Shown in pieces: positions 23,951 through 32,416 of a stretch of 32,416 nucleotides of DNA. The notes under the pieces were generated by a model. It was not told the DNA's origin. It did not search any database and saw nothing but the letters and a program-made list of their open reading frames with translations. The stretch covers positions 410,198 through 442,613 of the forward strand of contig JBNGIO010006356.1 of assembly GCA_049999805.1 (NCBI GenBank), written 5' to 3'. Each line of letters opens with the position of its first letter. Within the stretch, counting starts at the first letter, position 1. Origin of the DNA: Folioceros fuciformis. Lineage: Eukaryota. The translations under genes were made by a program, and so were the position numbers.

Positions 23951-24517
23951 CGGATCCGAAGAGCCCACGAAACTGTAACCTGCATTGCACTTCACAGTAG
24001 TGTAGTTTTGAGAGACAGATGTACGTCCCCATGATGTGGATTTTTGTATAGACGAATAGCAACCATCTTACAGGTTTGTAGATTCACACCCATTACCTGG
24101 ATGCTTGGCGAGCTCGAGTTCGGTGACTTAGCAAGGAGCTACCCTGGACTGAGGAAGAAGAAATACTAGCCTGTCCGACGTGAAGGACAGTGAAGGCGAG
24201 CTCAGGACTGGCAGTGGGGATATTTGTGGTACAGGAATTGGAATTGAAGAAGCAGGATCGGACGTGGCATATGAACTGTTCATGCAATGACCAAGCAGAG
24301 CACGATGCATGTGGATTTCATCCTGTCAAAGTTTCACTCGCCCCGGACACTGGGCACACAGCTATAAGACAGGACGACCTCAATGGTCAGAGTAAATGTA
24401 CCTCGCATAGCAATTGCTGCGTGCATCCGAAGAACTAAGATCTCTACGGAAAACAAGATCCATGCTTGGACCTGATTACTATTATGATCGATAAAGGAAT
24501 AGGTACTATTGATATAA

Positions 24518-24609
24518 ATTAGGTTTTAAATATGATAAGTTGGACATTCATACGATAGATTAGGTTTTAAATATGATAAGTTGGACATTCATACGATAGA
24601 TTAGGTTTT
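24518..24609. repeat. 41-bp perfect tandem repeat (~2.2 copies)
   Basis: ATTAGGTTTTAAATATGATAAGTTGGACATTCATACGATAG at 24518 and 24559, with a partial copy at 24600. Confidence 0.92.
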
Positions 24610-24765
24610 CATTGAATTGCAAGGTTGACTATTCACCATAATGTCATATATAAGTGTATGAGTACCTTTGTTGCATGTCTCAGAGGGCCACGATGTCTCA
24701 TTATGGTGGAATGGGAGGTTGCATAGTGTCTTCATTCCATAGTAGGAAGTGTGTTATCAATGTGC

Positions 24766-25029
24766 AGTGACCAAAGAGATTACAATCCACCATGAAGTGT
24801 GCACGAGGTGAGCTGGTGGGTTACAAGTGTCTTGTCAGTGTGCATGTGCCAATAAGTTATAAAGCATCTCATGATTGTGTGCGCAATGCCCAACAAGAAG
24901 TATTTCAAGTGACCAAAGAGATTACAATCGTGAGCTAGTGGGTTACAAGTGTCTTGTCAGTGTGCATGTGCCAATAAGTTACAAAGCATCTCATGATTGT
25001 GTGCGCAATGCCCAACAAGAAGTATTTCA
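24766..25029. repeat. Tandem duplication of a ~120-140-bp unit
   Basis: AGTGACCAAAGAGATTACAATC at 24766 and 24908. GTGAGCT(G/A)GTGGGTTACAAGTGTCTTGTCAG...CAACAAGAAGTATTTCA follows each copy. The second copy lacks ~20 bp. Confidence 0.9.
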
Positions 25030-25038
25030 TTGGATGTG

Positions 25039-25500
25039 TTGTGGAGAAGCTGTAAGTCTTCCAATTATTGTGCTAGAGGTGCTGAGAACTTGTTTCAAGT
25101 AGGTTATAATCCACTACAAATTGTTTTGTTCGTAACCTAACCGGTCCACATCGAAGTGTGTTGTTTGGTTATGTTGTGGAGAAGTTGTAAGTCTTCCATT
25201 TATTGTGCTATGCAGAAGCTGTAAGTCTTCCAATCATTGTGATTATTGTGCTGTGGAGAAGCTGTAAGTCTTCCAATTATTGTGCTGTGGAGAAGCTGTA
25301 AGTCTTTCAATTATTGTGATTATAATGCTGTGGAGAAGCTGTAAGTCTTCCAATTATTGTGCTGTGGAGAAGTTGTAAGTCTTCCAATTATTTTGGTGTG
25401 GAGAAGCTGTAAGTCTTCCAATTACTGTGCTGTGGAGAAGTTGTAAGTCTTCCAATTATTGTGCTGTGGAGAAGCTATAAGTCTTCCAATTATTGTTCTA
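25039..25500. repeat. 34-bp minisatellite TGTGGAGAAGCTGTAAGTCTTCCAATTATTGTGC (~10 copies)
   Basis: One copy at ~25039, then a near-contiguous array at ~25174-25500 with period 34 (e.g. 25252 and 25286). Some units carry an extra ATTGTG-type segment. Confidence 0.92.
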
Positions 25501-25562
25501 GAGGTACTCAGATCTTGCTTCATGTAGATTACAATTCACTGCAAAGTGTTTTGTTTGTCTAT

Positions 25563-26870
25563 AGTCCACCATGAAGTGTGTTGTTTGCGGTCCATCATGA
25601 AGTGACTATGTTGTTTATCATGAAGTGATTGTGTTGTTCATCATGAAGTGACTCTGTTGTTTGTGGTCCATCATGAAGTGACTATGTTGTTTATCATGAA
25701 GTGATTGTGTTGTTCATCATGAAGTGACTGTGTTGTTTGCGGTCCATCATGAAGTGACAATGTTGTTTGCCGTCCATCATGAAGTGACTGTGTTGTTTAC
25801 CGTCCATCATGAAGTGACTGTGTTGTTTGCGGTCAATCATGAAGTGACTATGTTGTTTGCCGTCCATCATGAAGTGACTGTGTTGTTTACCGTCCATCAT
25901 GAAATGACTGTGTTGTTTACCGTCCATCATGAAGTGACTGTGTTGTTTACCGTCCATCATGAAGTGACTATGTTGTTTGCCGTCCATCATGAAGTGACTG
26001 TGTTGTTTACCGTCCATCATGAAGTGACTGTGTTGTTTGCGGTCAATCATGAAGTGACTATGTTGTTTGCTGTCCATCATGAAGTGACTGTGTTGTTTAC
26101 CGTCCATCATGAAGTGACTGTGTTGTTTACCGTCCATCATGAAGTGACTGTGTTGTTTGCCGTCCATCATGAAGTGACTGTTGTTTGCGATCTATCATGA
26201 AGCGACTATGTTGTTTGCAGTCTATCATGAAGCGATTGTATTGTCTGCGGTCTATCACTTCAGTTGTCTGTGGTCTATCATGAAGTGATTGCATTGTCTG
26301 CGGTCCATCATGAAGTAGTTGTGTTGTCTGCAGTCCATCATGAAGTGGTTGTGTTGTCTACAGTCCATCATGAAGTGACTGTGTTGTCTAGAGTCCATCA
26401 TGAAGTGACTGTGTTGTCTAGAGTCCACCATAAAGTGATTGTGTTGTCTGCAATCCATCATGATTGATGGACTGTGTTGTTTGCAATCCATCATGAAGTG
26501 ACTGTGTTGTCTGCAATCCATCATGAAGNNNNNNNNNNTGACTGTGTTGTCTGCAATCCATCATGAAGTGACTGTGTTGTCTGCAATCCATCATGAATTG
26601 ACTGTGTTGTCTGCAATCCATCATGAAGTGACTGTGTTGTCTGCGGTCCATCATGAAGTGATTGTGTTGTCTGACGTCCATCACGAAGTGATTATGTGGT
26701 CTGCAGTCCATCATGAAGTGACTGTGTGGTCTGACGTCCACCATGAAGTGTGTTGTCTGCGGTCCATCATGAAGTGACTATGTTGTTTGCAGTCCACCAT
26801 GAAGTGTGTTGTCTGCGGTCCATCATGAAGTGATTGTATTGTTTGTAGTCCACCATGAAGTGTATTGTCT
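25563..26870. repeat. 30-bp minisatellite GTCCATCATGAAGTGACTGTGTTGT(T/C)TGC(C/G/A), ~40+ copies, with a 10-N gap at 26529-26538
   Basis: Exact 30-bp period from 25741 to 26160, with diverged and shortened (23-27 bp) units at both edges. It produces the repetitive ORFs (MMDGKQHSHF)n and (VHHEVTVLFA)n. Confidence 0.97.
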
Positions 26871-26877
26871 TTGTGCA

Positions 26878-27176
26878 GTGTGCGAGCAAGTTAAAATGTC
26901 TAATTGTGTGCTATGCCCATAACAAAAGTGTGTTGTCTGCATTGTTTGTCTATGTGGTGTTTGAGCAAGTTAGAAGTGTGTTCTCTATGTGTTCGGTGTG
27001 TGAGCAAGTTACAAAGCGTCTCATTCTATGTGTTGTCTACATTGTCTTGTCTGATGTGGTGTCCGAGCAAGTTAGAAGTGTTTCCTCTGTGTCTTCGGTG
27101 TGCAAGCAAGTTACAAAGCGTCTCATTCTATGTGTTGTTTGCAAGCAAGTTACAAAGCGTCTCCTTTTATGTGTTG
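26878..27176. repeat. Degenerate repeats with core GAGCAAGTTA(CAAAGCGTCTCATTCTATGTGTTG), including a ~102-bp duplication
   Basis: (G/A)AGCAAGTTA occurs six times. GAGCAAGTTAGAAGTGT...TTCGGTGTG..AGCAAGTTACAAAGCGTCTCATTCTATGTGTTG starts at both ~26963 and ~27065. Confidence 0.8.
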
Positions 27177-29926
27177 ATAAACATTGTGTTCTGTGAAATA
27201 TTCTCGCCATCATCAAAAGGCCTGTTCGCTTCGAGCATGGTGAGATGTCCTCTCATACATTCCAGGGATACCCGAATTTGTCTGGAACCCCGTGCCTGCA
27301 CAGCCCGCAATGCCGGATGCCAACCTTGGTTGGCACGCACCAGAAGGATGGCTTGATACTCCCCAAGCATATCATTTCGGACACAGTTTGGCGGACCTTT
27401 GCAGACGATCAACTCTCCTGAGGAATTCAGGCTGTACTTGGCGGCATACCATCCTGCAGTGAATGCAGTGGACGCGCTGGCGACATTTGTCTGGCCTTGT
27501 GCCCGTTACACGTGAAGCAAAGCCAGTTTCAAGTGAAGGAGCTTTCAGTGGGGTCCGACGAAGAAGCAATGTTCCCGATGGAATTCAAAGGCACATTGTT
27601 AACGTTGGTAATCATGAGCTAGCGATGGTTCCCACTTGATCTAGACAAGAGAGGAACCAAGATACATCGAAGGTTGTTGGGTGTGGGCCTTTTTGTGGTA
27701 GACTTCAAATATACATGTGCAGGTTTCCCAGAGTCAGATTTGGTTCGAGGCTGGTGCCTGCGTACTTAGATAAGCAGGCAACTTAGGCATTTCTATGTAG
27801 CTGAAGACATTTGTTGCTTGGTATGCTGTTATAGTTACCAGGCTTTTAATGTTCAATTCGGAATTCCGAGCTAGAAGAATCTACTCAACCTTAATACAGC
27901 CGGACTGTACAGTTCTGTTAAGATGCCAGGAACTTGGATGGTATATATCCTGCGGATGTAATGCATATGTGGAGGCCACCGACAGCACTTCGAAACTTGT
28001 GTGGTATCTTGTTTTGATTCTAAGAATCAGATCATGCTGATTTCTTCACCTTCCAACCATGTTGTCATTGTCATCCTACCTGGCAGCTCCACTGTGACAG
28101 CCTGTGCTGAAGATGGATATGTACGTGACAGCTTTTCGGACTGATGCAGCCCTGGCCTGCTTTGGCCTTCTACCAGGCATTTCAGGAGAAATCAGATTTG
28201 AGCAACGGATGCCACTATATGCCTGCTGAATGTATGTGTTTGTGGAGAAGTGAGCCTGCATCATCAGACTTGTGAAATGAGTCCACCGGTGAGAGTTTTC
28301 TCTGTTTCGCCTGCAAGCGTCCCTAAGGTAAGCAAGAAATTGTTGGGACGTATCCATGGATGCTTCGACTTACATCTTCAGGGCCGGTTGTCTCCCGTAG
28401 GAGTCGTCCTCCCGTCTACTCCCATCCCGCAGTGTGGAAATCCTCCAGTGCTTCACTTCGATAACGGGATTGATCCAGGGCCACCACCATGACAGGTACG
28501 ATCCATTCTCAATATGCATTATCCATCTATACTGTGACACGACCACTTGTTATTGCACTTGCGACAATTTGCAAATAAGATTATTACAAGGTCAGGTAAG
28601 GAAAGCATCACGTCTTTCGAAACAGTTTCTGCCGCAGTTCTCCAAGCTCCTCACCCACCGCCCCCTCGCATCCTCTAGATCTCTTCCCGCCTTGGCCTCC
28701 CGTCCAGCCAACTCATCCTCTTCTCTCGAATATGGCCAGTTGGATTTACGCGAACGTGGTAGCGAGGGTCATATTTGGATAGAGATGAGCCTACAACTTA
28801 TCAAATCAGACTAGTCTGGCAGATGGAGGTCACAGATTCCTGCAGCAGTCCAGGCTTGCAAGCAAACACTCGCAAGCAACAGGGACCAATGCCTACAAGT
28901 ACACTAGGTGTGTGCATACTTCGTGTACCCAATTCCATGCTTGAATCCAAGTTGCTTCCAGAAGGTTACCGTAACGGGTAGGTCCACAAGCTGACTAGTC
29001 GAACCTGCCACATTTATAGGATTCTTCCTGCCATGCCACCAGAGAAACAGCAACCGGCTTCATATTCGTCAACATTCCTGCAGCGACGCATGCATACAAG
29101 ACACATTACTGAGGCTATCGCTGTAGAGAATCTGCAATTGTTCAGGCGCAAGCAAACCCAAACATTTGCACATTTTGTCCTGTGTGCTGTAAGCACCGAA
29201 ATCGGCTCAACAGGGTTCAGTTCTGGGTGGATATATGTGTGCATGCTCTGACCGGTGAAAGTGGCACACTGAGTCAAACACGTTTCTTGCAGGCATCCAT
29301 ATCTCCTGCGAACGAATGCTTCCTTCATGGCCGATGGCAGGAATAATTCGAAACCAGGGATGTGCTTAGTTCAGTTAACGTTTCCATCTAGGCTAGCTGA
29401 TGCCTTCACGCTGTCTCCATGGTAAAGTTCTCCTCATGCTCACAACGGAGAAGGTAGCCAGGATATCCATTATCTGTAACCAGCTGTTATGTCCCATACA
29501 AAATGTGGCAAAATTGGAAGAGTGTGTGTTTGGCGGGATTACTCAAAAACGTGGTGATAAAGAATGCCATTACTCATGTTCCCATGTTAAGCTTTTAAGC
29601 GTATTGGTGAGGGAACCCTGCATCGTCACAGCAACAATACAGCAGTAAGTCACTCAGTCCGTGACATACGTGTGCCTCCTGGAGGATTGCGGAACTGTGG
29701 ACGAACATCAGGTTGCGAACAACTCCAGAGACCGGCAGCTAGCCGTTTGAACGTGAAAGAAGTTAGATAACCTGGAACGCTGTCGAACACAAGAAAGTTT
29801 CAAGGGGGGCAGTGCACGACAAGAGGGAACAATCCACACTTACTTTCTAGTTCCTATCCAAGTTTCGGGAGCAAAAACATGTCCAAGTTTTTGTGCTTAA
29901 TGTGGTTCCTAGACACTAAGTTTACA

Positions 29927-30446
29927 ACGGAAAAGAAGGAAGTGCTGCGCACGCCTGGGGAGGTTCTGGGCAGGGCTAGCGACCATGCCGCTGAGCAGGG
30001 AACCTACGTTTGGGAGGATAAAATCCTGTCGTCTGTTTTCGGGACCCAAGTCATTGTGCGTACGCCTGACCAGAAGTGAGACGAAGGAGGGAGCAAGGTG
30101 CTGTCCCAAATCCTGGCGTAGTAGTCACAGCGAAGGTCACCGAGGTTCAACCAAGAATGGCCATTGCTGACGTATTATGCGTTGGAGCTAGAGCTGTGAC
30201 CGACAAGTTCACAGGCATTGTTAGGCAGCAAGATGTTAGAGCAACTGAGATCGACAAGGTCGACATGCACGCATCGTTCTGCCCTCGTGACATCATACAG
30301 GCTGAAGTCCCTTCTCTAGGCGATGCTCGAGCGTATTACCTTTCAACGGCCAAGGACGAACTTGGTGTTGTTTCAGCCAAGAGCGATTCCGGCGCAGCTT
30401 TGGTACCCATCAGTCTCAAGGAGATGCAGTGCCTTTTAAGCAAAGT
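29927..30446 (+). pseudogene. CSL4: Exosome complex component CSL4 pseudogene (intronless, frameshifted, 3'-truncated)
   Basis: TPGEVLGRA...GTYV...SSVFG, then in another frame GAVPNPGVVVTAKVT...ADVLCVG...FTGIVRQQDVRATEIDKVDMHASF...SLGDARAYYLSTAKDELGVVSA...VPIS..EMQC (CSL4 S1 domain and Zn-ribbon-like end). There is a frameshift at ~30072-30079 with an immediate TGA in the first frame. ACG sits at the likely start (29927), and the C-terminal RKVAKV motif is missing. Confidence 0.88.
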
Positions 30447-30830
30447 AACAACAACAACTTTATTTATGTTCACTAAGGATGGAAGAACCATCATGGCGAG
30501 AGAGATAGTACAGAGTAAAAAAAGGTTTAAAAATCGAGTACACTTACGTACTTTTGAACAAGAGAAGCAGTATATGAGGGAAAAAAAAAAGCGAAGACTA
30601 CAAACGCGCAACGGAACCACCTAAAGTGGTAAAGGTAAAAACAATCTAGAGTCTCCGGCTATGTCCTCCATGCTGCCATCATAGTAATGATGCCCGCAAC
30701 CAAGGTTAGTTTAGGAAGTATCAATGTGATCCTCACACGTTAGAACAGCCTGTAATTTTCATGAAGAATTGACTGGCACATTTGAGAAAGAGAAAAGTGC
30801 GGCATTCAAGGATTGTAGTAATTCTTCAAT
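30447..30830 (-). mobile_element. Probable 3' end of a non-LTR retroelement (LINE/SINE) inserted into the CSL4 copy; 5' limit uncertain
   Basis: The minus strand reads ...T-rich tract...TAAATAAA-GTTGTTGTTGTT (30464 to 30447), ending where CSL4 homology stops. Confidence 0.45.
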
Positions 30831-31379
30831 AACCATTTTGTGTTTAGGGTTTAGTGGCATGGCATAAAAAATAAGTTTTGGGTTAATGACATGATGGAGA
30901 AAAATAAATTTAAGGTTTAATAACATGATGGAGAAACCAATTGTTTAGTTGGTTATTATTTGGTAATATACCAAAGGCCAAGGAGAAGTAGGATTATAAA
31001 GTGCCTACCATCGGTGCTAGGAGGCACTTCATTGAGAGTTCTTGGGGATTTTGCTTATATATGTGGGCTACCCAGCCATGCATTCTCGAATTGTTGATGT
31101 TTGTCTTATTCTAATAGACAGACATACTTTACCCCTGCTGTGTCTTTGTCTCCTGGAGGTTCTGTGGTCTATTGCATTGCTAGGTTGGGAGAATTTTCCA
31201 TCTTGATTTTCCCTATTCGCAGCCTTGGGCCTGCCTCTCTTAGGCAAACCCAACCCTTCTTGTAGTCTTGCTCTTTGTCATAGGCCAAGGACAATTCGTG
31301 GCTAGGTTGTTGATCCTGGGCCATAGGCCAAGGATATCATAGGCCGGCTGGTGCTTAGATACTTAGCTTTGTGGACAGG

Positions 31380-32153
31380 CTAGGTAGGCATGCAGCTATG
31401 TGGTTGCTGCGCGGCATAGTCCTTCATGTCATAAGAAGGTGGTCTTTCGACTTCGTCATTTTCGATTTGGAGATTGGCAAGCTCTTCATGAAGAGGATGT
31501 ACTAGCAGCAAAATCTTGTGTGGAGTTAACTAAGGTTGACAAGGTTTGCCATGCCTCATCTAAAGTGTGTCTCAAGCGATGTCTCATGTTGGGCAAGAAT
31601 GGTGAATATGCTCAAGCTGCTAGAGCATTGTGCCCATAGTCGGCAACATCTGCGATTGAGAACACCATTGCTGCACTTCGTGCCCTTCACCCAGAGCCTA
31701 TAGTATTATAGCATAAGATCTTCTTGACCACATAGTCAAGGAGCCTTTTTGCTTGGATAGGGTTGTTTTTGGGCATGCACTTTCTTCTGCGCCGCAGCTC
31801 TCTTCAGGGGGTTTGTCTAGCATAGTTTATGACCATTTTCAAGATTATTTTTCTCTTAAGGACCCCTCAAGTGGTTTTTCAAAGCTTTACATACTACCAG
31901 CTATTATGGCTAGGGGCAAAGTTCCCAATCCAATCTCTCAAGTTCTGGCAGCTAATAGGCTGCTAGCATTGGAAAAGCCCACCTTAGAAGTGCGTCCTAT
32001 TGCTATGGGGGAGGTGTTTTTGCGCCTTTTTAGCCGAAGTATCGCAATTCAACTTTGGGAGCACTTCCAAGTGCATCTTGCACTCCACCAATTTGGGACT
32101 ACTACCCCAGGTGGGTGAGAATTTGCTACCCTCGGCATCCAAGCGATCCTAAT
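31380..32153 (+). mobile_element. Degenerate non-LTR retrotransposon fragment (pre-RT region and N-terminal RT motifs), CRE-like early-branching type
   Basis: RLRHFRFGDWQAL...GEYAQAARAL*...TIAALRALHP...SSGGLS...DHFQD...ARGKVP...LAANRLLALEKP..EVRPIAMGEVFLRL...LHQFGTTTPGG*E. It contains in-frame stops and a frameshift between 31640 and 31753, and breaks into AT-rich DNA at ~32154 before the catalytic YxDD motif. Confidence 0.8.
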
Positions 32154-32416
32154 GTAATTTAAATTTAAATTTAAATTCAATTCTAAAAACAGTAATTTAG
32201 TGCCTAATTCTTGAAGTAATTTAAGAATCTCACTCTATGTATTTTTAAATTAATTTTTCTTACTTAATTAAAGTAGGATCAAAACACTATATAGATAATA
32301 GTGTGTACATAATAGAAGACAATAAAGAGAAGCCTATCTAAAACGCATTTCGGATTCTCCTCATTAACTTATATCTTGTGATTAAACATGGGTTTTACTC
32401 CAATGAAGAGACCATA

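Noticed and set aside
24130..24180. KELPWTEEEEIL resembling a Myb-repeat start
   Set aside because: Only a short motif bracketed by stops; the later Trp residues of a Myb repeat are absent.
25039..26870. 34-bp and 30-bp repeat arrays as a CRISPR-like locus
   Set aside because: Units are head-to-tail with no unique spacers, there are no cas genes, and the context is a eukaryotic intron-containing genome.

Overview
Eukaryotic nuclear DNA from a land plant with a compact, intron-dense genome (introns mostly ~60-250 nt, GT-AG). A hornwort- or lycophyte-like source is an inference from gene architecture, not proven. Five apparently intact spliced genes could be reconstructed by hand: UBC13/UBC35-type E2 ubiquitin-conjugating enzyme (-, 1790-3268), Ataxin-2/CID3-4-like PABP-interacting protein (-, 5074-10975), TPR+PB1 PHOX/CLMP1-family protein (-, 13045-16411), a plastid-type double GST-N/glutaredoxin-fold protein (+, 17433-19485) and a ferric reduction oxidase (+, 20236-23294). 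Beyond FRO lies an accessory region with a truncated duplicate of the FRO 5' end, a ~2.7-kb composite tandem-repeat complex (41-, ~120-140-, 34- and 30-bp units, with higher-order structure), an unidentified gene-like stretch, a disabled intronless CSL4 copy cut by an AATAAA+(GTT)4-tailed insertion, and a degenerate CRE-like non-LTR reverse transcriptase fragment. Assembly gaps are at 16991-17090 and 26529-26538. No CRISPR, rRNA or tRNA was seen. I found no convincing wholly new biological system. The best leads are the repeat complex, the stop-free intron splitting the first PAM2 motif, and the unexplained 27.2-29.7 kb stretch.
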